From Macrostomum lignano (taxonomy: Eukaryota): a DNA stretch of 64,000 nt. A program made the position numbers and the translations under genes. The stretch covers positions 1 to 64,000 of the forward strand of contig NIVC01003511.1 of the NCBI GenBank assembly GCA_002269645.1. The letters are read 5' to 3'. Below are positions 39,829 through 51,227 of this stretch, piece by piece (position 1 is the stretch's first letter; every line of letters begins with the position of its first letter). The notes beneath the pieces are model-generated. The model was not told the DNA's origin. It made no database searches and saw nothing but the letters and a program-made list of their open reading frames with translations.

Positions 39829-41410
39829 GCCGCAACCCTAAGGGTCTCTTGCTTGCCGCAACCCTAAGGGTCTCTTGCTTGCCGCAACCGTAAGGGTCTT
39901 TTGCTTGCCGCAACCCTAAGGGTCTTTTGCTTGCCGCAACCCTAAGGGTCTTTTGCTTGCCGCAACCCTAAGGGTCTCTTGCTTGCCGCAACCCTAAGGG
40001 TCTCTTGCTTGCCGCAACCCTAAAGGGCTTTTGCTTTCCGCAACCCTAAGGGTCTCTTGCTTGCCGCAACCCTAAGGGTCTTTTGCTTGCCGCAACCGTA
40101 AGGGTCTTTTGCTTGCCGCAACCCTAAGGGTCTCTTGCTTGCCGCAACCCTAAGGGTCTCTTGCTTGCCGCAACCCTAAAGGGCTTTTGCTTTCCGCAAC
40201 CCTAAGGGTCTCTTGCTTGCCGCAACCCTAAGGGTCTTTTGCTTGCCGCAACCGTAAGGGTCTTTTGCTTGCCGCAACCCTAAGGGTCTTTTGCTTGCCG
40301 CAACCCTAAGGGTCTTTTGCTTGCCGCAACCCTAAGGGTCTCTTGCTTGCCGCAACCCTAAGGGTCTCTTGCTTGCCGCAACCCTAAAGGGCTTTTGCTT
40401 TCCGCAACCCTAAGGGTCTCTTGCTTGCCGCAACCCTAAGGGTCTTTTGCTTGCCGCAACCCTAAGGGTCTTTTGCTTGCCGCAACCCTAAGGGTCTCTT
40501 GCTTGCCGCAACACTAAGGGTCTCTTGCTTGCCGCAACCCTAAGGGTCTTTTGCTTGCCGCAACCCTAAGGGTCTTTTGCTTGCCGCAACCCTAAGGGTC
40601 TTTTGCTTGCCGCAACCCTAAGGGTCTCTTGCTTGCCGCAACACTAAGGGTCTCTTGCTTGCCGCAACCCTAAGGGTCTCTTGCTTGCCGCAACACTAAG
40701 GGTCTCTTGCTTGCCGCAACCCTAAGGGTCTTTTGCTTGCCGCAACCCTAAGGGTCTTTTGCTTGCCGCAACCCTAAGGGTCTTTTGCTTGCCGCAACCC
40801 TAAGGGTCTCTTGCTTGCCGCAACCCTAAGGGTCTCTTGCTTGCCGCAACCCTAAAGGGCTTTTGCTTGCCGCAACCCTAAGGGTCTCTTGCTTGCCGCA
40901 ACCCTAAGGGTCTCTTGCTTGCCGCAACCCTAAAGGGCTTTTGCTTGCCGCAACCCTAAGGGTCTCTTGCTTGCCGCAACCCTAAGGGTCTTTTGCTTGC
41001 CGCAACCCTAAAGGGCTTTTGCTTGCCGCAACCCTAAAGGTCTCTTGCTTGCCGCAACCCTAAGGGTCTCTTGCTTGCCGCAACCCTAAAGGGCTTTTGC
41101 TTGCCGCAACCCTAAAGGTCTCTTGCTTCCCGCAACCCTAAAGGGCTTTTGCTTGCCGCAACCCTAAGGGTCTTTTGCTTGCCGCAACCCTAAGGGTCTC
41201 TTGCTTGCCGCAACACTAAGGGTCTCTTGCTTGCCGCAACCCTAAGGGTCTCTTGCTTGCCGCAACCCTAAGGGTCTCTTGCTTGCCGCAACCCTAAGGG
41301 TCTTTTGCTTGCCGCAACCCTAAGGGTCTCTTGCTTGCCGCAACCCTAAAGGGCTTTTGCTTGCCGCAACCCTAAGGGTCTCTTGCTTGCCGCAACCCTA
41401 TGGGTCTCTT
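39829..41410. repeat. 26-bp satellite (ccgcaaccctaagggtctcttgcttg), ~60 copies
   Basis: Period 26 (39830 vs 39856). Confidence 0.98.
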
Positions 41411-41654
41411 GCTGGGCGCCGATGTCTTTTGTTAAACCCCGCTGTCTCCAGGTGTGGACCGGTATCTCGGGCCGGTTGGAGGTACATCCAAGAGTGGCAA
41501 AAGTTGAGCTCGCTCATCTCATTTATCAAGTTTTGTTGCCTCGCATTTTTTCTTGGAGTAAATATGGGAAAACTATAGGAGATTCATCATGGGAGAAATT
41601 TTATTTTTTTATTTAGTTTTCAAAGTATGTGCCTTCACCAAGCGCCACATGGAA

Positions 41655-42228
41655 ATCTCCTGTTAGACATGGGAGTCTCCTGTTAGATGTTTGAGAGTAC
41701 GCATTTTCCAGTTTTCAACAGTTCAGTACAGGAGAATAAAAAAATTTTTTATAGCTATTACAGAGTTCCAACGATGTATCAAAGCTTTATATAGGAAAGG
41801 TAATGACCTGCGTGTGGACATCTAACAGGAGACTCCCATGGCTAACAGGAGACTCCCATGGCTAACAGGAGACTTCCAGGGTTAACAGGAGACTCCCATG
41901 GCTAACAGGAGACTCCCAGGGTTAACAGGAGACTCCCATGGCTAACAAGAGACTCCCATGGCTAACAGGAGACTCCCAGGGTTAACAGGAGACTCCCATG
42001 GCTAACAGGAGACTCCCAGGGTTAACAGGAGACTCCCATGGCTAACAGGAGACTCCCATGGCTAACAGGAGACTCCCAGGGTTAACAGGAGACTCCCATG
42101 GCTAAAAAGAGACTCCCAGGGTTAACAGGAGACTCCCATGGCTAACAGGAGACTCCCACGGCTAACAGGAGACTCCCACGGCTAACAGGAGACTCCCACG
42201 GCTAACAGGAGACTCCCACGGCTAACAG
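41655..42228. repeat. 20-bp minisatellite (taacaggagactcccatggc, 41818-42228) preceded by an inverted ~2-unit copy at 41655-41691
   Basis: ctcctgttagacatgggagtctcctgttagatg is the reverse complement of the array start. Confidence 0.88.
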
Positions 42229-42558
42229 TCAGGACACAGCGGGTCACGGCAAGTCAGGACACAGCAGGTCACGGCAAGTCAGGACACAGCGGGTCACGGC
42301 AAGTCAGGACACAGCGGGTCACGGCAAGTCAGGACACAGCGGGTCACGGCAAGTCAGGACACAGCGGGTCACGGCAAATCAGGACACAGCGGGTCACGGC
42401 AAGTCAGGACACAGTGGGTCACGGCAAGCTAAACGGTGTCTGTATATTTAACTGAGAACTCTTGAGTAAGCACTGGGCTTCCTGCTCCAACAGTTGCTAG
42501 TAAAAGTTCAGTCCAAAAATCATGCAAACACAAAAATCAGTTGCTCGGAAAAAGCGCC
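42228..42558. repeat. 25-bp minisatellite (agtcaggacacagcgggtcacggca) plus ~130-bp unique flank; dispersed repeat copy 1
   Basis: Same array and flank at 56608-56954. Confidence 0.92.
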
Positions 42559-42899
42559 TCTGACGAGGGCGATGGCTCTGGTGGTGTCGGTCGCGCAAAG
42601 GTACATAACTTGGTAGCCTGGTCCGTCCAAACGACCTGTTGCGCCCTTCAGCGACTCCAGCTGGCAGGCCACATCATCCGCGCCGAGTCGTACTGACCAG
42701 AGCCGGTGCAGGCCGGTGCTGCTGCTAACGCTACAGGCCACCCTATCGGCCGGGGCAGGCGCGCACTCGGCGCCTGCTGGTTGACGCCGGCGCCCCGGAT
42801 TCGACCGGCGGCGTGGCGTTCATTCGCGACCTGGCCTTGAAGAGCGCCCTGCGTATTCTGTTGTTGTTGTTGGTAGCCTGGAAGCATGCAGGTCGGCTT

Positions 42900-43720
42900 T
42901 TCCATGCGGGTATACGGTTAATGAATAAGGTAGATGTCAACATCCTTGTTGTCGAAAGTGCCTGTAAGGTTGCCAGATGCTGCGAGAGCTTGGAACAGGT
43001 TGATATGAATAATGTGCAGGTTTACTGGTTGGTTCGCCGGAGGCGGATTGCCAATGATTTGGTTGCTGGTCGCAGTGTCATATTTCGGCTGGCCAGCAGG
43101 GTTCGCCCTCAGAGCCCCGCTCCTAGTTTGACACAGCGTTGCGAACGGCATTACTCGTTCCCAGAGCTATCCGAGCTCGCGGACTCGCCTCTGCGTCGAT
43201 CGCCAACCGGGCGACGCCTGGGCAGCAGGTGGAAGACGATCTTCCACGCCCCGACGTAGGCTTCCAAATCGCTCTTTCCGAGGACGTTTTCCCACTCAGC
43301 CGAGAAACCCATGTACGGGGTCTTACCGGGGAGCCCGGCGCGAATCTCCTCGATGCTCCTCGAGCCGGAGTAGAAGGCTCGGTAGCGCCTACAGGGCGGC
43401 GTGGTCGGGCACGCTCAACGACCATGGGTGGGACAGCGGTCGCGCAGTGTCCCAGGAGATGGACACAAGCTTTGCCAGCGCGAGCTCAAGCTGGGCCTCG
43501 TCCTTGAAGGCGAGGATGACGCTGCCGCGGAATTTTCGTCTCTCGAGCCGTATCGAATGGTCTAGAAATCCATGCAGAGTAGGCTGGAATGGAGAAAACT
43601 GAATTGTAGAAAAATGGGGTAGGTAACCGCGCGGGGACTGGATATACCCCAGCCAGCTCCGAGGAGCTACCCTCTGTCACAGTAAACAACAGAGAAGCTT
43701 TGGATTGCCGTCTTACCACA
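42900..43720 (-). mobile_element. Degraded non-LTR retrotransposon fragment (ORF1 end / AP endonuclease start)
   Basis: VNLHIIHINLFQALAAS...DVDIYLIH*PY resembles the L.I.Q.NL...DI.LIQEPY start of LINE ORF2. Confidence 0.5.
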
Positions 43721-44464
43721 GGATTGCTTCCAGGCGAGGCCCCGGCAGGCCCCAGGTCAACACTGCAAGATCAGGGGGCGGGAGGCCGGCTGTAGGTTTG
43801 GGACCAGACGCCAGGTCAGAGTGACAGCTGACGCCCAAGCCCTCCTCCACAGAAGTGGCCCTTGAGAACAGTCAGCAGCCAACTACTCAGCAGCCACCTG
43901 CCCAGCAAAAAGGCAGCAGGGGGGATCTGTTCTCCCACAGCCAGGCCTGAGCGAAAGAGGAGGGAGAAACCTCCTCGGAAACGAAAAGCTGGCAGATGTC
44001 ACTGAGTCCCTCGGTTTAAGTTGCCATTTCCCCCCCTCCCCCATTTGCTGTATAAATTAAACGAGTCAAATTTCCAAAATAACAACAAAACTCGGAATGC
44101 CACAGCCTAATGTTTACAGCGCAATGCGACTCTCAGGTAAAACTCCGGCTTATCTTATTCAGAACTCCGCTTATCGCACAGTGGTGCTGCTGCATTCCGA
44201 CACTGCCCTATACTTTAAGACTGCCGTGCCGCCTATTTTCGAAATGCAAGTGCGTCAGAGTTGAACCAAGACATGCTACTTTTAAGGACAGATCACTTTT
44301 GCTGCTGCTGCTGAGCTGGCAGGCAAATTTGCTTGAAGAAGAGCAAAGCACTCAATTTGAAGCCGTGTGGAACAGCTGCGGCAGACAGCAGATCCGCAGA
44401 GAAGCGCTGCTAGGAAAGAGAAACCGGCATGGGGAACACTCGAAGTGTAGCCAAGGCAACAGAG

Positions 44465-47103
44465 ATGGAGCGGAAGCTGAGAGCGGCGCTGGAGGCTGGA
44501 GACAGCGAGGAGCTGCAGCGACTGTGCGGTGAGGTCGGCAGCAACATCGAGCTGAAGGTGGGCGGCTTCGGAATGCAAAACCTTTTCTTTAGAAAGCTTC
44601 TTAAAATGCCGTTGGCCCATCACGTGGCCTGCAAGCCGGTGAGTTCGTCCTGCCTGGAGCTGCTGATTGACAGATTCGGACCCGGCTGTCTGACACATAT
44701 AAATGACAGTGATCAGACTCCAGTGCACTTGGCAGCCCAGCATCAGGACGAGTCTTGGATGAAGCTGGTTAAAGAGAAAGGAGGCAGAGGCTGTCTGAGA
44801 ATTGTTGATAAGTGGGGGCAGACAGTCGCTCACTTTGCCGCTATGAACAGAAAAAGCAGTTCTTGTCTAAAGTGGCTGGTGAAGGAACTCGGCAGCGACT
44901 GTCTCACAGCTCCTGATAAAGACGGTGACACGGCCGTTCATTTGGCCGCTAGGCGCTGGAGTGGATCAAGAGACAGATCGGAACTGACTGCTTTCGGCTG
45001 AAGACAAAGTGTGATAGAACAGCATTTCACTTTGCTGCTCAGAAGTCCGACAGCTCAAATCTGAAGTGGCTGGTGAAGGAGCTCGGCAGCGACTGTCTCA
45101 CAGTTCCTGACAAAGAAGGTGACACAGCCGTCCATTTGGCCGCTCTGTATCAAGGCATCGAGTCGCTGGAGTGGATCAAGAGACAGATCGGAACTGACTG
45201 CTTTCGGCTGAAGACAAAGTGTGATAGAACAGCATTTCACTTTGCTGCTCAGAAGTCCGACAGCTCAAATCTGAAGTGGCTGGTGAATGAGCTCGGCAGC
45301 GACTGTCTCACAGTTCCTGACAGAGACGGTGACACGGCCGTCCATTTGGCCGCTAAGCATCAGCCAGTCGATTCTCTTCAGTTCATTTTTGACCAAATCG
45401 GAGCCGAAATGTTCAGTTTGAAGAGCAACAGGGGCATAACACCGGCTGATGTTGTTGAGAGATTTTGGTTACTCAATGACCAGTCAGCAAAGCAGGCCTG
45501 GATTTCCTCCACACAGCGGCTGCTCGGAGCCTCTCAGCCTCACGCTGGGTGAGTCCTGGCAGAGAGATGCTGCATGACTGACGCTAAAATGCTGAAAATA
45601 TTTTTGGCGAAAATTCATTGCGCTTTGATGATCGGCGCCCTGAAATTCTCAGCAGCGCAGCAGTCAAGCAAGGGCGTCACGAATTTCTTGGGGCAGCTCC
45701 TCATGGCACCCCCAAACTTCCTATGGCATCCCCAATCTCTTCATGGCACCCCTAAACCATGCCCTGGCGCCCCAATTTCAAGGTGTTTTTGGAAGGTAAA
45801 AATATGACAGTACAGATGTCGGCATTTAAGGTGCGACTCAGTGAGTCCGCGCTTAAATATGGGGCCAGTGTAGGTGAAGCAGAGGGTTGTGCCGCGGAAT
45901 GCTGAGTGACTCCAAAGTACTCCGAAAGCCTCAAACAACTCAAAATTTATTGAATTCCTTTACCTAATATTCCCAGCGCCAAGAAGCAGCTGGACCCCAG
46001 CTTTACCGACTGGGACTTCATTCTGCAGGACGAAAAGAAGCAGCTCATCGGCCTTGGTGGATTCGGTGAGGTGTTCAAGGCCCACACAGACCGCAACCAG
46101 ACGGTGGCTGTCAAGGTGCTGCCCATGAGCCAAGCTGAGCAAGACGCAGAGGAACTGAAGATAAAAATTCTGATGGAGAAGCGGGGAGTTGAGATCCTCA
46201 AGCGACTCTCGCATCCCAACATTGTGCAGTTCCTCAAGTGCGAGCAGAAGTCGGATGGGCTGTACATCTTCACCGAGCTGGTCTCGGGTCACAGCCTCTT
46301 TGAGCTGATGCAGCGTCAGAACAAGCCGTTCAAGGAGTCCGGGGTCAGGGACTTCTCCAGACAGGTGCGTCTCTGGGCTCTCTGGCATTGCCTGGCATGG
46401 GTGGGGTGAGTGTGGGATGAGTGTGGGATGAGTGTGGGATGAGTGTGGGATGAGTTTGGGATGAGTGTGGGATGAGTGTTGAATCAATGTGGGATCAGTG
46501 TGGGATCAGTGTGGGATCAGTGTGGGATCAGTGTGGGATCAGTGTGGGATCAGTGTGGGTGGGATCTGGAATGGCTAGATCCAACTTGATGACTGCTCAA
46601 AACTGCTCCACCTGCAGATCTGCTTAGGCCTGAACTTCCTGCACTGCCAGCCGCAGGGCGCCATCCTGCACCGTGACATCAAGAGCTCTAATGTGATGCT
46701 CACCAACAAGGGTGTCATCAAGCTGATCGACTTCGGTCTCGCCAAGGAGATCGTCGGCACCAGCGACCTGAGCGACGGCGTCGATCCCAAAGGCACCCTC
46801 TACTTCCTGGCGCCCGAGCTGTTCATGGGCGATGGCGAATCGATTCCGTACTCAGCCAAGACCGACGTGTGGGCCTTCGGCTGCACCGTGTATGAGCTGA
46901 CGGCCATGCAGCCTCCTGACGCGAACGTTCAGCAGTTCCGGATCGCCGTGCTGAGGTGCGAAGGGCGAGCGATGCCTCAGATTGCTGACGGGTTCTCAGC
47001 CGGCCTGAAGGACTTCTACCTCAGGTGCGTAGACTATGACCCGAGGGAGCGAGCGGACACCGCGGAGCTGCTGGGGCACAGCTTCCTGAGAGTCTCATCG
47101 TGA
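44465..47103 (+). pseudogene. Ankyrin-repeat protein kinase, paralog C: 44465-45548 (16-bp frameshifting deletion at 44954/44955), 45977-46364, 46618-47103; linker exon not recoverable
   Basis: Colinear with paralog B; kinase exons intact (IGLGGFGEV, VAVK, HRDIKSSN, DFG, APE). Confidence 0.8.
46405..46560. repeat. 11-bp repeat (gtgtgggatca/ga) expanded in the kinase intron of paralog C
   Basis: Intron is 135 bp in A, 177 bp in B and 253 bp in C. Confidence 0.9.
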
Positions 47104-47164
47104 CTGCGAGAGCGACGGGCTGTGAGGGAGCTGAGCGACTCCTGAAGCGGGCGGCTTTGCTTGC

Positions 47165-48050
47165 TGATGTTGTCTGCTTTTGTTTATCTGATTGCCGTTT
47201 TTGTTTATCCGATTGCCCTTTTTTTATCCGATTGCCCATTTTGTTTATTCGATTGCCCTTTTGTTTATCCGATTGCCCTTTTGTTTATCCGATTGCCCAT
47301 TTTGTTTATCCGATTGCCGTTTGTGTTTATCTGATTGCCCATTTCGTTTATCCGAATGCCGTTTTTGTTTATCCGATTGCCCTTTTGTTTATCTGATTGC
47401 CCATTTCGTTTATCCGATTGCCGTTTTTGTTTATCCGATTGCCCTTTTGTTTATCCGATTGCCCATTTTGTTTATCCGATAGCCGTTTGTGTTTATCTGA
47501 TTGCCCATTTCGTTTATCCGATTGCCGTTTTTGTTTATCCGATTGCCCTTTTGTTTATCCGATTGCCCATTTTGTTTATCCGATAGCCGTTTGTGTTTAT
47601 CTGATTGCCCATTTTGTTTATCCGATTGCCGTTTTTTATCCTATTGTCATTTTTGTTTATTCGATTGCCGTTTTTGTTTATTCGATTGCCGTTTTTTATC
47701 CGATTGCCGTTTTTGTTTATCCGATTGCCGTTTGTTTATCCGATTGCCGTTTTTTATCCGCGATTGCTGTTTTTGTTTATCCGATTGCCGTTTCTGTTTA
47801 TTCGATTGCCGTTTTTTATCCGATTGCCGTTTGTGTTTATCTGATTGCCCATTTCGTTTATCCGATTGCCGTTTTTTATCCGATTGCAGTTTTTGTATAT
47901 TCGATTGCCGTTTTTGTTTATTCGATTGCCGTTTTTGTTTATCCGATTGCCATTTTTGTTTATCCGATCGCCGTTTTTGTTTATTTGATTGTCGTTTTTG
48001 TTTATTCGATTGTCGTTTTTTATCCGATTGCCGTTTTTGTTATCCCAGTG
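47165..48050. repeat. Degenerate ~20-bp minisatellite (tttgtttatccgattgcc..) just 3' of paralog C
   Basis: Tandem degenerate copies. Confidence 0.95.
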
Positions 48051-48553
48051 TCATTTTTTTTATATAACTGTTTTGTTTTTTGAACTGCTCAGATTTGAAT
48101 TTATTATCCATTTCTCTATCAATTTTCCTGCTGCTATCAGATGTTCGAATCAATTATCCAGTCATAGTTTTGTTTATTCAGCTGCGACCCGCAACTTAAA
48201 TTTTGACTTCCGGGTTTGTTTTACTGGTTGCTCCTTTCACAATGAGACATTTTTGTGCTGACTTGAGTGCTATTTCAGTTTTAAGCTGATCAAGGTTGAT
48301 TTTGAAACTCTGGCACAAAGACAATCCCAATTCTCTAATCTACTCAAACTGCTCAATGCCTACTCCAGTGTAGTGTGAGCGTCTTGTGTTAATTTTTGAG
48401 TTCTATTAGCTAGTTGATTGTATTGTTGTCGATAATTAATTTGCTTATTTTAGTCACGCGTTTTTTCAATGTACTTTTTGTCTCTTGAATAAAACAGATG
48501 AGTAGTTTCACCACCTTCGAGAGTCCTGCTTGTGTTGAGACTCGAAGAAAAAA

Positions 48554-49030
48554 TCAACGCCGAACCCCATCTGCAGCGGTCCGCCTCAGTCCGTCCCAGA
48601 GCGAGCCAAGGTTCACGTAGTCGGGCCACTCACCCATGGCAAACAGGCTAACCGGGATCTGCACAAGCAGCGGGGAGCCGTAGCAGTCCTGCATCTGAAG
48701 CCGATTTCCTGGCTTCTCATCGATTCTGTCCAGCTTCCACTCGGACTCGTCCAGCATCTGCCAGCCGTCGCAGTCAATCCAGTGTGGAAAGATGATGAAG
48801 AACCAGAAAGCTCCCCCACTCAGACTCATCTAGGATGTCAACAACTCGTCTCGCCGTGGTCTTGAGCAGGATCTCCTCGAACGGCGGGTTGAGCACCCAG
48901 CCACCTTGATGCTGCATCAAGTGCTGAATCAAGGATTCGCTCGAACAGCAGGTCGATGCGGCGCACGCTGGCCCGCTGCTGACGCTGCAGGCACCTTACC
49001 GGTGGGGCAGGCCCGCACTCGACGTTTCGA
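48554..49030 (-). pseudogene. PCIF1/CAPAM-like N6-adenine methyltransferase domain remnant (frameshifted)
   Basis: Joining frames gives GGWVLNPPFEEILLKTTARRVVDILDESEWG-AFWFFIIFPHWIDCDGWQMLDESEWK; NPPF motif and spacing recall PCIF1 GSFEANPPFCEELM...LL....SFIVFIPEW. Confidence 0.5.
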
Positions 49031-49437
49031 CTGCCTGCTGGCTGATGCCGGCGCCCCGGACACTGCCAGCGGTACGTTCGTACGTTCGTGCCTTGAAACG
49101 CGCCCTTGTGACATTGTCCCACGATTGACTAGCTGACAATTTATTTTGTTGTTGTTGCTGTTGTTGTTGTTGGAGTACTTTGGTAGGTCATTGGGGTATT
49201 TTAGTTGGTCAGATCGGGATCATTTTGGTGTCTTGAGCGCTTCTTAGAATCCTCGTCAAGAGTAAATAAGAAATTCAGTTCAAAGATGTTTTTGCTTCAA
49301 AAACGGAGCCGACAGCTCGCATTCGCATGTCGTCAAAGCAGAGGACTTGGCGCACTCTGTGTATTCATTAAATGCAAATCAGACAGAAAAATCAAAAAAA
49401 GTTTTAAACTCTTTATCAGTCTAGAGCAGGTCCAAAA

Positions 49438-50592
49438 TCACGCAGACCCAGCTCCAAGCAGTACAAACCGGTACAGCTGGTCCAGTGTTGAGTTTGCCAC
49501 AGGTGAGATGCTTTCAGCTGTGCCCAGCCAGTCTGCCGGCTCGCCCTCGCCCTCGCCGAGCCACAGCCTCACCACGAAGTTGTACCTGCGCCAGTTCCAC
49601 AGCCGGCCTGCATCGTAGAGCCAGCCGATCTCTCTCTGAGTCCAACTTGGTCGACTCAAGCTCATGGACTCAATGTGGCACAGTGTTGGGATGCAATGGC
49701 ACAGCACGCTGGGCAGGATGCCGCTTCTCCATACCTTTGGGTTTCTGTGAGTATCGTTTCCACTGTTGCCATGGTGATTAACTGTAGGTGGCTGGCGCTG
49801 CAAAACCGAATGCCAGACTGAGGCCAGGGTCGAACCTCGAGCGGCCAGGAATACGCCATCGCTCAGGCCGTGACGCCTGTGGTCCTGCAACCAATCAGGG
49901 ATCGGCTGGGGTTTGAGCTGGGGATTTGCTTGGGAGTCTGAGAATTGCCGCACTGAAGGTCTTTGATACAGGCATTTTGCTGGCGCCCCTCTCTGCAGCT
50001 GGCGCCACTCTCTGTAGCTGGCGCCCCCTCTGTAGCTGGCACCCCTCTGTAGCTGGCGCCCCTCTGTAGCTGGCGCCCCCTCTGTAGCTGGCGCCCCTCT
50101 CTGCAGCTGGCGCCACTCTCTGTAGCTGGCGCCCCCTCTGTAGCTGGCACCCCTCTGTAGCTGGCGCCCCTCTGTAGCTGGCGCCCCCTCTGTAGCTGGC
50201 GCCCCTCTCTGCAGCTGGCGCCACTCTCTGTAGCTGGCGCCCCCTCTGTAGCTGGCGCCCCTCTCTGCAGCTGGCGCCACTCTCTGTAGCTGGCGCCCCC
50301 TCTGTAGCTGGCGCCCCTCTCTGCAGCTGGCGCCACTCTCTGTAGCTGGCGCCCCCTCTGTAGCTGGCGCCCCTCTCTGTAGCTGAGCCAAATTTGCCAA
50401 TTCTGCTGACTCCTGAGCACACACAAGTGGCACGCACTCATACAAACGCTCACACAGGGTGTACAACGGCTTTTTGACCTTCCAATCTTCAGGCATGTAC
50501 ATTGTCAGTGCCTTGGGGCTGGCCCTCATGGCTGTGAATCGCACGGCCACCCAGTGTGTCCAAGAGAGCCTCATGCAGGACCCTTCCAACAC
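49438..50592 (-). CDS. Unassigned coding-like sequence interrupted by a tandem repeat (probably an intron)
   Basis: 384-codon open frame; non-repetitive ends have globular-protein-like composition; ttcag acceptor just after the repeat; no family recognised. Confidence 0.3.
   Translation of the reverse strand: MLEGSCMRLSWTHWVAVRFTAMRASPKALTMYMPEDWKVKKPLYTLCERLYECVPLVCAQESAELANLAQLQRGAPATEGAPATESGASCREGRQLQRGRQLQRVAPAAERGASYRGGASYREWRQLQRGAPATEGAPATEGRQLQRGASYRGGASYREWRQLQRGAPATEGAPATEGRQLQRGASYRGGASYREWRQLQRGAPAKCLYQRPSVRQFSDSQANPQLKPQPIPDWLQDHRRHGLSDGVFLAARGSTLASVWHSVLQRQPPTVNHHGNSGNDTHRNPKVWRSGILPSVLCHCIPTLCHIESMSLSRPSWTQREIGWLYDAGRLWNWRRYNFVVRLWLGEGEGEPADWLGTAESISPVANSTLDQLYRFVLLGAGSA
49980..50390. 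repeat. Composite 18-21-bp minisatellite (ctctgtagctggcgcccc)
   Basis: Tandem copies. Confidence 0.95.
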
Positions 50593-50980
50593 ATTTTACA
50601 AACACATTTTACCTGCCCAATTACAAAGTGGAACCTTCGCAGCTGAGAGACCGGTTTCACTATCAGCGAGTCGGTTGTCAGAGCTGCTCCGCCGAAAGTC
50701 AGCACCGCTTCCAGCTTCACTGTCAGCATCATCTTTGCTCTCTGCTGACTGCTCTCTGTCAAATATTCGCTCAGCAGGTCGTGTCTATGCGACAAAACGA
50801 TGGTCGACTCCCAGCGGTGGGCGCTGGTGAGGTTCCGCCTGAGGCGCTCCCAGTTTTTACCGGCCGGAGTGGCGCCCATCGGCAGCCAGATGAAGATGAG
50901 CTGAGGCTGCATTATCCAAGCACAGCTGAGCAGGCTCACCTGTGATTGCAGTGGCTTTTGAGTCAAAAGAGTTACAGTAA

Positions 50981-51227
50981 TCCTCTCCTCTCCTCTCCTC
51001 TCCTCTCCTCTCCTCTCCTCTCCTCTCCTCTCCTCTCCTCTCCTCTCCTTTCCTCTCCTCTCCTCTCCTCTCCTCTCCTCTCCTCTCCTCTCCTCTCCTC
51101 TCCTCTCCTCTCCTCTCCTCTCCTCTCCTCTCCTCTCCTCTCCTCTCCTCTCCTCTCCTCTCCTCTCCTCTCCTCTCCTCTCCTCTCCTCTCCTCTCCTC
51201 TCCTCTCCTCTCCCCTCCCCTCTCTCC
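50981..51227. repeat. (TCCTC)n microsatellite
   Basis: Direct observation. Confidence 0.98.

Noticed and set aside
39829-41410. CRISPR-like array (also 59000-60358 and 61830-63410)
   Set aside because: Head-to-tail repeats without unique spacers, eukaryotic context, no cas genes
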